Shown: piece by piece, positions 1-9,885 of the stretch
Numbering within the stretch: position 1 is the first letter of the stretch
How the letters are laid out: each line of letters opens with the position of its first letter
IMG/VR virus record: IMGVR_UViG_3300010389_000001
Span: 168,534 to 232,533 of that record
Strand: one strand, 5' to 3'
DNA: 64,000 nt
Translations under genes and position numbers: made by a program
The notes under the pieces: model-generated
The model's database searches: none
Seen by the model: only the letters and a program-made list of their open reading frames with translations
Told to the model about the DNA's origin: nothing

Positions 1-1
1 A

Positions 2-220
2 ATGTTGACTTTTGCTTTTATGTCTTTTTCTGTTGTAACAATAAATATACTTCTTTCTACATTTGGAAGAATTGCTTTTAATGGATTTGAGATAGGCTTT
101 GCCTCCATGGAAGCTTCCGCTATGACAGCTTACCTTGGCGCTACATTTACAGCTTATGTAACACGAAGGTGGACTGATGCGAAGCACAACCCGCTCGAAG
201 AAGAGGGCAAAGAGGAGTAG
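2..220 (+). CDS. small membrane protein, holin-like (may be 5'-truncated at the window edge)
   Basis: Two hydrophobic segments (FAFMSFSVVTINILLSTF; SAMTAYLGATFTAYVT) and a charged C-terminal tail (KHNPLEEEGKEE); first of a cluster of small membrane genes. Confidence 0.4.
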   Translation: MLTFAFMSFSVVTINILLSTFGRIAFNGFEIGFASMEASAMTAYLGATFTAYVTRRWTDAKHNPLEEEGKEE

Positions 221-222
221 GC

Positions 223-561
223 ATGCTTGAATGGATAAAAGAAACTTGGAAAAATTTTAGCTTAAAAATTAAGTTTATTTTTGCCGCAGCACTTGGGCTA
301 TTTGGATTTTTTACCTTTATATTTGTAAGCAAAAAAGTTAATGCAAAACAAATACTAACTTTAGAGCTAAAGAATTTGGAAGAAAGAATAAATATAAAAA
401 AGACTGAAGGGGATATAGCCGAAAACAATAAAGAGTTAATCGAGCTAGAGAAAAAAGCCAGTATAATAAAGGAACAAATAGAAAATATTGATGCTGGAAA
501 AAGCTCTGAACTTGTTACAAAAGAAGAGCTATTTAATTTTTTTGATAGCAGAGGATTTTAA
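223..561 (+). CDS. N-terminally anchored coiled-coil membrane protein (i-spanin-like topology)
   Basis: SD GAGGAG upstream; one TM segment (FIFAAALGLFGFFTFIFVS) followed by a heptad-rich K/E/L region; stop overlaps the next start (TAATG). Confidence 0.45.
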   Translation: MLEWIKETWKNFSLKIKFIFAAALGLFGFFTFIFVSKKVNAKQILTLELKNLEERINIKKTEGDIAENNKELIELEKKASIIKEQIENIDAGKSSELVTKEELFNFFDSRGF

Positions 562-764
562 TGTTAGATAAAATAAATAATTTAATTAATTATATCGATA
601 ATGAAGATTCTGTTTTTCATAAAAAACTTATTGTAATTGCAAAAAGATTATCAGATCCAATTCATCATATTGAGATTGACGTTAAAACTCTTAGGTCAAT
701 GGTAAAGCCGGAATTGGCAGATACAGATATAGAGATCCCAAGAGTAGAGATTCCAATAGGGTAG
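561..764 (+). CDS. hypothetical protein (67 aa)
   Basis: SD GAGGA upstream and TAATG coupling to the previous gene; no recognised motif. Confidence 0.6.
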   Translation: MLDKINNLINYIDNEDSVFHKKLIVIAKRLSDPIHHIEIDVKTLRSMVKPELADTDIEIPRVEIPIG

Positions 765-772
765 GCCGATAT

Positions 773-1207
773 ATGATTTGCTTTTTTAAACACCTTTTTT
801 CTTCTCTCATCTGTTTAAACCTATTGATAGCTCCAACTGCATATGCCGGAAAAATTTTGCCAGCAGGCAGTAAGCTTTCTGAAGAATCTTATGTTTTTAC
901 TATTGACGAGGCGACTTCTTTAATGGAAAGGCTAAAAGAGCTTGAAGAAAAAGAAAAAGAACTTGTAAAGCTTAGGGAGCTTGAGCAAATTAGAATAAAG
1001 CAAATTGACTTATTTAAATTAAACGAAGAATATTATAGCCTTCAAATTGACAGGTATAAGGAATTAGATTTAAATAATCAAAAGATTATAAATAAGTATC
1101 AAAAAAGAAATCAGTTTAGCGAACTTGAAAGGGCTGGAACTTTTATTCTGGGCTTTGGCCTTGCCTTTGGGTCCATATATGCCGCAGATAAGCTTAACTC
1201 AAATTAA
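773..1207 (+). CDS. exported coiled-coil protein with C-terminal TM segment (spanin-like topology, unproven)
   Basis: Signal-peptide-like N-terminus ending in AYA, central coiled coil (LMERLKELEEKEKELVKLRELEQ), C-terminal hydrophobic segment (GTFILGFGLAFGSIYAA); no clear lipobox. Confidence 0.4.
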   Translation: MICFFKHLFSSLICLNLLIAPTAYAGKILPAGSKLSEESYVFTIDEATSLMERLKELEEKEKELVKLRELEQIRIKQIDLFKLNEEYYSLQIDRYKELDLNNQKIINKYQKRNQFSELERAGTFILGFGLAFGSIYAADKLNSN

Positions 1208-1257
1208 AATTAATCTTTTGCTAATTTTTAGTTATAGTTAAATAATTGGAATTTTAA

Positions 1258-4200
1258 ATGGCTAAGTCAAATTACCCGGATAAGTTAGATACATCGATTG
1301 AGATACCAGCAGTTAGAGACAACATAGTTGAGGTAGGTTCTGATGTTATCAATAGCTTAAGGGCTGCAATATTTCAAATAGAAAGAACTCTAGGAATAAA
1401 TCCGCAGGGTGCCACTGGTAATACTGTAGCCAGCCGTATCGGAAAATCATTAGATTCTAATGGAAATATATTAAAAGAGGCGCTAGACTCTGCCGGCTTG
1501 CTATCCGGTCCCGTATCAGACAAGGATATATCAAAAACTGCTGCAATCAATGAATCAAAGCTAAATCTTGATTACCCAACAACTCTGCTTCAGGACGAAA
1601 TTTCACAAATAACAAGTCAGCTCGATCTTATCGAGTCTGCCGTAAACGACCTTTCGACGACTTTGGCCATCCATATCAATCCTCTTGCTACAGGAAGGCA
1701 TAGTGGTATTGCGATTAATATAGATGCTATATCCAGCACCGGCTCTGGGGACGGAATTACCTCATTGGAAGCAACGACTTCTCAGGGCGCCTTTGAAAGC
1801 TTGTTCTCATCTCATATCAATTATGATGGAACTAATATATCTGCAGATAATCGCTCGCATTTATCTAGCCAGATCTTCTTTGATAACAACAATGTATCAA
1901 CTTACATTCCCTCATCAGACACCCAAGGCGCAATAGAGGACCTCGTAGACACCATAATTGGTCAGGCAGATGTTCATCAGAACTTATTCCATTCAAATTC
2001 AATTGAAAGATCATCACTTTTGGTTGATCCCAATAATCCAGCTCGCGGAACTCAAATTATATCTAATGAAGCAGCAACTTATCCTGCATCTGTAGCCTCT
2101 TCTGATCTAGGAGTTTCTAGGATTTTTCTCACGGACACCCCGAGCAGCCCTGAAGAAGCGATTGATATATCCGATATACTTGTAGTAACAAACATTGATG
2201 AAGAAACTGAATATCAGGTATTTCAGGCAAATTATTCTTCAGACGGGTTAAAGCTAGAATCGCTAGATGTTTATGGAAGATTTCCCGAGGCATCGCCAGC
2301 GGGAATAACCGTAAGTTTATATCGCAACAAAAATAGAGAATCAAGTAGCGCTGGCTTGCTTATTGGTGTTAGAGAATATGATTCATTAGATGGAACATCT
2401 TATACAAATGCTGATATTATTCAGATTTCAAACCCGAGTGCTACGAATATAGTTACAAAAAAAATAAAGCCTCAGGAAATTACAGATCTAAATAGATACA
2501 TAGAAATTTCAATTGATGACACTCCGCCTGTTGAGCTAGATCTATACGATCCTTCTCTGTCACTGACCGGGATTAGTCAAAATATAAACTCTATTGTAAA
2601 AAGATTAAATGAGCAATTTACTGCGAATAGGCTAAGCGCATCTGCCTATAGAGTTGACTATGATGATTCTAACTCTAGCGAGATTGCAATTGTTCACTCC
2701 ATAGGCAATTCAACCACCTCAGAGCATACGATTAAGATCTCAAGGGGCTCGGATGATGCAATTGACTCACTTGGCCTATCTGAGATAGATGACAAAACTA
2801 TTGTTGGAACAGTAGGTAATAGCTTTTATATTCAAGGAAAGGGATATAATGATCTTGCTATTCTTCTTGATGAAACCGGATTAATTCTAACGGGCGGTAC
2901 ATCCGAGATATTCTTGGGCAACATTAATCCAATTGAGTTGGGCGTAAAGGTTGGGGATGTTATTTCCATTTTTGGCTCAACTGCCGATGATGGAACTTAT
3001 GTAATTACGTCTATTTCAAGCAATACCATTATTGTAAATCGGGAGCAGCTGCCCGGCAGACAGTGGGCCTCCCTGGCCGGAGAAGATGCAAGATTTGTCG
3101 TATACTCTAGAGCCGCGTCCCTTAATGGAATGGCTTTCAAAGGCACACTTGGCGGATCCTCTATTTTATCTATAATTGAATTATTTTTAGATAAGAATAG
3201 AATATTAAACTATAATGAACTGCTAACTTATGGGCAGGAGTCATACCTTGGTTCGGAAAATTTAGTTTCTCCATGTAATGTATTTGGAAAAACGGAGAAT
3301 TATACCGAAGATAATCCTGGAACTTTGCTAATAGAAAAAGCTTTGCCGGATCCGGCTAACGAAGAAGTTTTGATATCACTAGATGGCGGAGAAAAAGTTA
3401 GTATCTATAAAGCCAAGAGCAATTATGTTACGGTATACTCTGGAAAATATGATTTATCTTTAACCCTATTTATTGCAGATTCAGGACTAATTAATACAAA
3501 GCTGGTTGCAGATGGAAGTTCATTTGAGATTAGCTTATTTGGCTATAAGTCTGTAAATAAAGAAGAAAATATTATTCTAGGAAAAGTCCTTTACGAATCA
3601 GGTGTATCTAGGATATCAGGATTTGGCAGAAGCTACCCAAGAGTCTTCAGGGATCTGAGAAAAGGCGTGACTGGAACAAAAGATCTTGGAAGCGATGTAA
3701 GAAAAGATATTTTAATACAGCCTCATTTAGATAAGCGATCAAATGGAGTAGTAAGAGGTCTGGAAGTCTTTGATGTTGTTGATAACGGAGATACTTATAC
3801 TCTTAGTATTGCTTCCGGAACTTGCTATGTAAGGGGCAAGAGGTTTGAAGTAAGCGAGTACGAAGGATATATAACGGACATAGTAACGGCAGGCTCACCA
3901 CCGTCTGTCGATAAATTCTTTGTTGCTATAGACGAATGGGGGCAGATCGTATTTTCTCCGGCAGACCCAGTAAGTTGCGGCTGCATGCTTGATCCAGCTT
4001 ATTACTGTATACTAGCATCTGTAGAAAATAACCTTAGCACAATCAATGCTATAGATCTCAGGTTGTTTATTGACGATCTTGATCTTAAGATTCTAAACTC
4101 CATAACCGTCAGTCCGCAGGATGGAATGGCACATTTTTCAGAAATCCCAAAGGCTCTAAGGTACGCCAAAAGATTCTCTGAAATCTTCCCTAACGCTGGC

Positions 4201-5817
4201 ACTCCAACTATACATCTGAAGTCTGGCACTCACAGGGTCGTTGTTGATCACGGCGTAGATCTAGCGGATGCCGACGCAAGCATAAAAGCTCAAGAAAGAT
4301 ATAACCAAGGAATGTGGATTAACTTCCCCGTAAACATAATTGGTGAAGGCGAGTCGACCATTCTGGACATGATATATGCATACAACGACCTGCCGGAAGG
4401 TTCGGATAACAGAACCTCTCCTGGCACAGATATGCTTGGAGAAATCACAATAGCAGGACCCGGCTTTACAGAAACTCCGTCTGGAGCATCCGATGTAGTC
4501 AATTCCGGATATGTAAGCCTATCCAATTTTAAAGTCAGACTTGGTTCAATAAAAGTATTTGATGCTTTAATATCTGATGCAGGTCCTATCGATTTCGGCG
4601 TTAATATGAGCGAAGTAATATTCGATTTCTCAGAAAAAGAAAGCTTTGAATTTCAGAATGCCGGTGTGATAATAAGAAATCAAAGCCTAACTGCGACCGA
4701 CCCCGCTGGAAATATAAATATTAATGACTGCATTTTTATAAATAGCAATATAACAATAGGCGGAATTCAAACAGAATATTTCTTTAACTCAATTATATCT
4801 AATAATGTATTTAAATCTCAAGAAACTCCTCCGACCGAAGGCGCTACAAACTACGCTATACGCTGCACGGCATCTGGAAATATATTTAGCTTTGATGATT
4901 GTCCTTCAGAAAATAATGTAAACATTATTGGAAATATTATCGGAGACAACTTTATCCCCAATAGGGATAGTGGTGGACCTACGATTGATCATGACGGAGA
5001 TTATCCCTGGGGAGAAAGATTCAGCAGAGATGTCAATATTGGTTCCAAGCTAAGCGTTGTAAAGAATGCGGTAATTGACGGATCTACATCAGTCGGTGTT
5101 GACTTAGAGGTAGGTAATGACGCCTCAATTGCAGGAGCGCTTTCTGTAGGCACCACTATAGAGGCTGCGTCATCTGTGACTGCGCAAGAATACCTATACG
5201 GAGTTACCACAAAGAAGATTAACACCAAGTTCTTTGCGGAGGATATCGGGTGGACCGCTGTTAATGATCAGTACAGAGCTTATTATGAGCCTGGAAGCTC
5301 TTTCACAGGATCTACTACAGTCTTCTGCAGAGAGGCTGAAATATATCGCACCACTGGTGCAGCACCAGAAGAATTCGGCTTACCTGTTCGATATTTTGAA
5401 ATACCTGATAATTCATTTAGAACTTCATTTAGAATAAAACTTACTCCTGGCTCAAAAATAGAGCGCATCGGAATTGGAGCCCTTGTCAATAAGGGCGGCG
5501 GACCAACGGCCCCAAGCACACTGACTCCGGGAACGGAAGTAACACTAAGCTTGTATAAGCTAGATGCAGATGGAGATCTTTTATCAAATCCGTTAATACT
5601 TGTTGGATCAGAAATTTTTGAAACAAGCCTAAATTTAACTGACTTTTTTGAAGAATATACTTTTAACTTTTCTTCGTATAATGAAACTGTTGATATAACA
5701 GATAATCATTATCTAGTATCCATAAGCCATGATGATCCGTCTAATGATCTAAGCGTTGCATACCTAAGGGTCAGGACTGAAATAAGCTCGGTAGAAGAAG
5801 GAATTGGAGCCTCGTAA
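1258..5817 (+). CDS. large virion protein, tailspike/tail-fibre-like (paralog 1)
   Basis: 1519 aa, beta-rich and acidic. N-terminal region is paralogous to 5817..9440. The segment after TIHLKSGTH resembles a parallel beta-helix (N/I-rich: ININDCIFINSNI, ISNNVF, VNIIGNII), followed by 6-residue beta repeats (~5030-5185) and a C-terminal beta-sandwich-like region. Confidence 0.6.
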   Translation: MAKSNYPDKLDTSIEIPAVRDNIVEVGSDVINSLRAAIFQIERTLGINPQGATGNTVASRIGKSLDSNGNILKEALDSAGLLSGPVSDKDISKTAAINESKLNLDYPTTLLQDEISQITSQLDLIESAVNDLSTTLAIHINPLATGRHSGIAINIDAISSTGSGDGITSLEATTSQGAFESLFSSHINYDGTNISADNRSHLSSQIFFDNNNVSTYIPSSDTQGAIEDLVDTIIGQADVHQNLFHSNSIERSSLLVDPNNPARGTQIISNEAATYPASVASSDLGVSRIFLTDTPSSPEEAIDISDILVVTNIDEETEYQVFQANYSSDGLKLESLDVYGRFPEASPAGITVSLYRNKNRESSSAGLLIGVREYDSLDGTSYTNADIIQISNPSATNIVTKKIKPQEITDLNRYIEISIDDTPPVELDLYDPSLSLTGISQNINSIVKRLNEQFTANRLSASAYRVDYDDSNSSEIAIVHSIGNSTTSEHTIKISRGSDDAIDSLGLSEIDDKTIVGTVGNSFYIQGKGYNDLAILLDETGLILTGGTSEIFLGNINPIELGVKVGDVISIFGSTADDGTYVITSISSNTIIVNREQLPGRQWASLAGEDARFVVYSRAASLNGMAFKGTLGGSSILSIIELFLDKNRILNYNELLTYGQESYLGSENLVSPCNVFGKTENYTEDNPGTLLIEKALPDPANEEVLISLDGGEKVSIYKAKSNYVTVYSGKYDLSLTLFIADSGLINTKLVADGSSFEISLFGYKSVNKEENIILGKVLYESGVSRISGFGRSYPRVFRDLRKGVTGTKDLGSDVRKDILIQPHLDKRSNGVVRGLEVFDVVDNGDTYTLSIASGTCYVRGKRFEVSEYEGYITDIVTAGSPPSVDKFFVAIDEWGQIVFSPADPVSCGCMLDPAYYCILASVENNLSTINAIDLRLFIDDLDLKILNSITVSPQDGMAHFSEIPKALRYAKRFSEIFPNAGTPTIHLKSGTHRVVVDHGVDLADADASIKAQERYNQGMWINFPVNIIGEGESTILDMIYAYNDLPEGSDNRTSPGTDMLGEITIAGPGFTETPSGASDVVNSGYVSLSNFKVRLGSIKVFDALISDAGPIDFGVNMSEVIFDFSEKESFEFQNAGVIIRNQSLTATDPAGNININDCIFINSNITIGGIQTEYFFNSIISNNVFKSQETPPTEGATNYAIRCTASGNIFSFDDCPSENNVNIIGNIIGDNFIPNRDSGGPTIDHDGDYPWGERFSRDVNIGSKLSVVKNAVIDGSTSVGVDLEVGNDASIAGALSVGTTIEAASSVTAQEYLYGVTTKKINTKFFAEDIGWTAVNDQYRAYYEPGSSFTGSTTVFCREAEIYRTTGAAPEEFGLPVRYFEIPDNSFRTSFRIKLTPGSKIERIGIGALVNKGGGPTAPSTLTPGTEVTLSLYKLDADGDLLSNPLILVGSEIFETSLNLTDFFEEYTFNFSSYNETVDITDNHYLVSISHDDPSNDLSVAYLRVRTEISSVEEGIGAS

Positions 5818-8800
5818 TGTCTAAGTCAAATTATCCGGAAAAATTAGACACATCTGTTGAGATTCCTGCCGTAAGAGACAATGTTACGGAAATTGGATCG
5901 GATGTTCTCAACAGCCTTCGTTCGGCCATATTTAATATCGAAAGAACACTTGGCATCAATCCCCAGGGAGTTGCCGGAAATACTCTGGCCTCTAGGCTGG
6001 CAAACTTAATAGATGAAAATGGAAATCTAAAAGACGAAGCCCTAGTTAAAGCTGGCATTTTATCTGGCCCAATATCTGATAAAGATGTTTCAAAGACTGC
6101 TGCAATAAAAGAATTTAAGTTAGATTTGGATTATCCTACGACTCTTCTTCAGGATGAGATATCTATTTTAGATTCAAAAATCCAGCAATTTGTCGAAGCA
6201 ATAAATGAATTAAATGCAATTGTTTCAACACATGTTAACCAAAATGCAATAAATCGCCATCTTGCAAAAGCCATAACTGTAGAAGAAGCTGATATTGTGC
6301 CATCTGATGTAGGATTGAATTCAATAGAAGCGCAGGGCCTGCAGGAGTTTATTCAAGCTCTTTTTAACTCCCACATATCATACACTGGCACTAATATATC
6401 AGAGGCCAATAATTCTCATAAAGCTGACCAGATTTTTTACGATAACTCAGAGAATAGCGATATCATATTATCCAATAGCGTTCAGGGCGCAATAGACGAT
6501 CTTGCGGATATCGAAGGAGTTGGACTAAGGAGTTCCATATTACAGCTAAACTCTAACGGAAGAATAAGAACTGGCTCCCAAATAGATGCATTTGAGGGGA
6601 ATGATTCTGGAAGCCTTATAGTCGATCTAACGGAAATTACTTATGCAGATTACTCCGGCGCATCAACGACTGAGATTTCTTTCAGCGAATCTCCAAGCCT
6701 CCTGCTTGATATAAATAAATTTGATATTCTAGAAATCTCAGAATCTTTAAATGAAGATGATAATGGCGAATATGTAATAGCCTCTTTTCAGACCAATGTA
6801 GATGATACCTTGAGTTCTGTAACTATATTCGGTGGACCAAAGAGCAGCTTTACTAGCGGCACTCTTGCTAGAGTTAAGAAGAATACTTATCAGGTCCATA
6901 ACAGGAACGGCCTAAATTGCTCCGTCAGGCCCAGGGCAGGCTTCACAAATACTCCGTCGATTCAGGCGGCTATGCCAAACTCCGCAACAGTTATATCTTC
7001 TAGAGCTGACTTTTCAAGGCTAGAGAGTGGTGTTTACGAAAATCTATCATTAGAAATAGATGGAGGCGCTGCTATAGACATTCCTGTGTATAGCTCTGAT
7101 TATTCAATCCATAATGTAGATATTGCGGTTTCTAATATAAACAGATATTGTGTTCAAAATAATCTGAATATATTTGCTTATAAACTAAGAACAAATAGCT
7201 GCTATGAACTTGCTATATCGCATAACATTCCAAATCACTCTGCGGATACAAAGGTTAGATCATTAAAAGTTGTTCAATCTGGCTCCTTGGATGCATCAGG
7301 CATTCTTGGTTTTGAAGATTTAGTAGACAAAGAGATTCGAGGATCATTTGGAAACTCCTTCCACATCAACGGGCTAATACTAAATGAATTCGGCTCGGTA
7401 AAAACTTATACAGGGTCAACAATTACAATTGGGTCTGGAACAACAACTCTTGAAACATTAGAGTTAAACTTCCTGGAGCTTGGAATAAGGGTTGGCGATC
7501 TTTGCGTAATAGATGGATCATCTGTAGATTCAGATAATGGTACTTACACAGTAAATGCTGTTGAAAGCGATAGAGTAACGCTAGACTACACAACAAGCTT
7601 GTTTAGCGGCGAAGCAGATGAAAGTTCTTTATTTACATTTATAAGATGCACTGCACCCATATCTGAGCTAAACTTTATTGATATTAATGGATCGATGCTT
7701 CTTGATATTTTTGCCGATGAGAATCTTAATATTCATCATAACAGAAGAGCAGATATAGTAGGCTCCTTTAACTCGTCGAATTTCTTCTTGGTTGTAACAG
7801 ACATATCTAAAAACTTTATAACCGAAGAAGATCAGTATACGTTAAGGGTTAAAAATGATGGCTTGGCGTCGATCAAGCTTTCTTCTGGCGGCAGCTATGG
7901 CGAAGAGGTGTTCGTAGGAAGCACTGGAGACTACATAATTCCTTTCTCGGACGGTATGGAGTTTATCAAGGTAAAGGTATTCGTTCCGAATGAGGCCTCT
8001 CCAATATTTGTGCCATCATCTTTAACAATAGATATAATTGGATATTCAGAAATACCAGATAGCGTTCTTCATCTTTCTCGCTGTCTTTTCTCCCCAGAAT
8101 TTGGCACAGTAATAGAGGATATAAACGCTGGGCTTGGAGAGACGGGTGCTGTAGGTCTAATTGACAAAAGAATTTCAGGAACAGTCGATGATACCATTAT
8201 ATCCGAACCATTTTTAGAGAGATATATTCAGGGGCCAAGAAATGAGCTTAGATCAAATGGAATCATAAGAGGTCTTGAGATTTTAAATCTAAGCTTATCT
8301 TCCGGAGTTGCTACGTTCGATGTAACACCAGGAATAGTCGTTGTTAATGGTCTAAGAGTCGAATTCTTAGGAAAAGAAGGATTTACATTTGACTATTCAA
8401 CGGGGGCAACTGACAGCTTTTACATAGCCATAGACAACGAGGGGTGCATAAAAGCTTTAAGCGAAGTAGATAAAACTGGAGGAACAGATTATAGTTCTGC
8501 ATTTTCTCCAGAGACAAATTTACACATAGCATATTATGATTCTAATTTATCTGAGCTATATGATTTAAGATTCTTTATAGACAGAATTGATTACAAGATA
8601 CTAAACCAGTTAATTGTTTCTCCCGAAAAACACTTTGGACAATTTAGTAGTTTGGATAGCGCTGTAAAATATTGCAGAGTTTTTTCAAAAATATTTAAAG
8701 ACCAAAGCAAGCCAAAGATCACTCTTGCTCCGGGTACACACATTGTTAATAATGAAATTTTTATAGACTTTGACTTAGAGATAGAGGGAGCGGGACCAGA

Positions 8801-9440
8801 GAGTATTATTCAAAGAGGCCCGGATTACCTGCTACAGTTCCTCGGACCGCTCGATAATAATAGACCTGTTTTTCAGATTGGCACACAAGGCGTCGACAAA
8901 GATAATCGTGGAGTAAATAATTTTACGTATGGTGTTAAGCTATCTAACTTTACTTATAAAGGTGTTGATGGAAGCGAGGCGCTAGGAAATATAAAGCCAG
9001 AGTGCTTTATAATATTTAGCCATGATGTTGCAGAGCCACTAAATTCCAAGTCTGCGTCATTTCATATGAATAACATAATATTATCGACGGAGAACTATGG
9101 CCCAGGCCAAGGAAATGATTGGAGAGAGATCATAGCTATAGGCGCACCAGCAAGCGCATCCTTGATCGAGGGAGCGGAATTTCAAAATGTTTTAATTACA
9201 AACTGCTTCTTTAGAAGCTTTGGGACTTACCAGAACCCTACAGCAAGTGGAGTTGTAACTCTAACAAACTCGTACGGGCTAGGTGATAACCCAGTATACT
9301 CTAACATCGTCCTAACAAACTGTATTAGAGACCTTACGGCTTACGACTCGTTAGCGTTCACTCCAGCTTTTATTGCCGCTCCTAGCACAAATGTAGATAC
9401 GGTTAACGTTATAGAGGTAAATAATGTCTCAATTGAGTGA
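5817..9440 (+). CDS. large virion protein, tailspike/tail-fibre-like (paralog 2)
   Basis: 1207 aa; begins MSKSNYPEKLDTSVEIPAVRDN versus MAKSNYPDKLDTSIEIPAVRDN in the previous gene; C-terminal beta-helix-like region after ITLAPGTH (NVLITNCFF, NIVLTNCI). Confidence 0.6.
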   Translation: MSKSNYPEKLDTSVEIPAVRDNVTEIGSDVLNSLRSAIFNIERTLGINPQGVAGNTLASRLANLIDENGNLKDEALVKAGILSGPISDKDVSKTAAIKEFKLDLDYPTTLLQDEISILDSKIQQFVEAINELNAIVSTHVNQNAINRHLAKAITVEEADIVPSDVGLNSIEAQGLQEFIQALFNSHISYTGTNISEANNSHKADQIFYDNSENSDIILSNSVQGAIDDLADIEGVGLRSSILQLNSNGRIRTGSQIDAFEGNDSGSLIVDLTEITYADYSGASTTEISFSESPSLLLDINKFDILEISESLNEDDNGEYVIASFQTNVDDTLSSVTIFGGPKSSFTSGTLARVKKNTYQVHNRNGLNCSVRPRAGFTNTPSIQAAMPNSATVISSRADFSRLESGVYENLSLEIDGGAAIDIPVYSSDYSIHNVDIAVSNINRYCVQNNLNIFAYKLRTNSCYELAISHNIPNHSADTKVRSLKVVQSGSLDASGILGFEDLVDKEIRGSFGNSFHINGLILNEFGSVKTYTGSTITIGSGTTTLETLELNFLELGIRVGDLCVIDGSSVDSDNGTYTVNAVESDRVTLDYTTSLFSGEADESSLFTFIRCTAPISELNFIDINGSMLLDIFADENLNIHHNRRADIVGSFNSSNFFLVVTDISKNFITEEDQYTLRVKNDGLASIKLSSGGSYGEEVFVGSTGDYIIPFSDGMEFIKVKVFVPNEASPIFVPSSLTIDIIGYSEIPDSVLHLSRCLFSPEFGTVIEDINAGLGETGAVGLIDKRISGTVDDTIISEPFLERYIQGPRNELRSNGIIRGLEILNLSLSSGVATFDVTPGIVVVNGLRVEFLGKEGFTFDYSTGATDSFYIAIDNEGCIKALSEVDKTGGTDYSSAFSPETNLHIAYYDSNLSELYDLRFFIDRIDYKILNQLIVSPEKHFGQFSSLDSAVKYCRVFSKIFKDQSKPKITLAPGTHIVNNEIFIDFDLEIEGAGPESIIQRGPDYLLQFLGPLDNNRPVFQIGTQGVDKDNRGVNNFTYGVKLSNFTYKGVDGSEALGNIKPECFIIFSHDVAEPLNSKSASFHMNNIILSTENYGPGQGNDWREIIAIGAPASASLIEGAEFQNVLITNCFFRSFGTYQNPTASGVVTLTNSYGLGDNPVYSNIVLTNCIRDLTAYDSLAFTPAFIAAPSTNVDTVNVIEVNNVSIE

Positions 9441-9882
9441 TAGAGAAAAGTCTGCCATAGACGCTATATACGATATGGAGAACAGGCTGAAGGAAATGGA
9501 GAAAAAGCTTAAAGCCAGTGAAGGAAAGCTTGACCTAGTTCTTGCTAAGCTTGATAAACTTAGTAAGCAATCCCCTGTTGTTAAGATAAATAGCCCGCCC
9601 AAATCTGTTAGTCAACAAAAAGTTGAAAAATTATTATTGGGAGCAGTTAAAGTCTTTGGACACATAGTTAATAAATCACAGACACCATTGGTTGGCGTTC
9701 AAGTAAAGATCTATGATGACAAGAATGAACTTGTTAAAGATTTAAAAACAGATGACAATGGCTATTGGGAGGCTAGACTGCCTGGTGGCAGGTACGGCGT
9801 AGAATATCTGCACAAAAATTTTAAGCCAGTAAATAAGACTATAGAATTTAAGAAGGAAGACAAGTCTTATGAAGTGAGGTAG
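9424..9882 (+). CDS. coiled-coil plus carboxypeptidase-regulatory/Cna-B-like beta-sandwich protein
   Basis: SD GAGGT; N-terminal coiled coil; C-terminal pattern VFGHIVNKSQTPLVGVQVKIYD...TDDNGYWEARLPGGRYGVEYLHKNF is typical of transthyretin-like Cna-B folds. Confidence 0.6.
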   Translation: MSQLSDREKSAIDAIYDMENRLKEMEKKLKASEGKLDLVLAKLDKLSKQSPVVKINSPPKSVSQQKVEKLLLGAVKVFGHIVNKSQTPLVGVQVKIYDDKNELVKDLKTDDNGYWEARLPGGRYGVEYLHKNFKPVNKTIEFKKEDKSYEVR

Positions 9883-9885
9883 AGG

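Noticed and set aside
561-764. Shared N-terminal amphipathic leader with 56242..56598 (MLDKINNL...IAK vs MNRLNRLARILKIAQ) as a capsid-targeting signal
   Set aside because: The similarity is too short and low-complexity to support from two examples.
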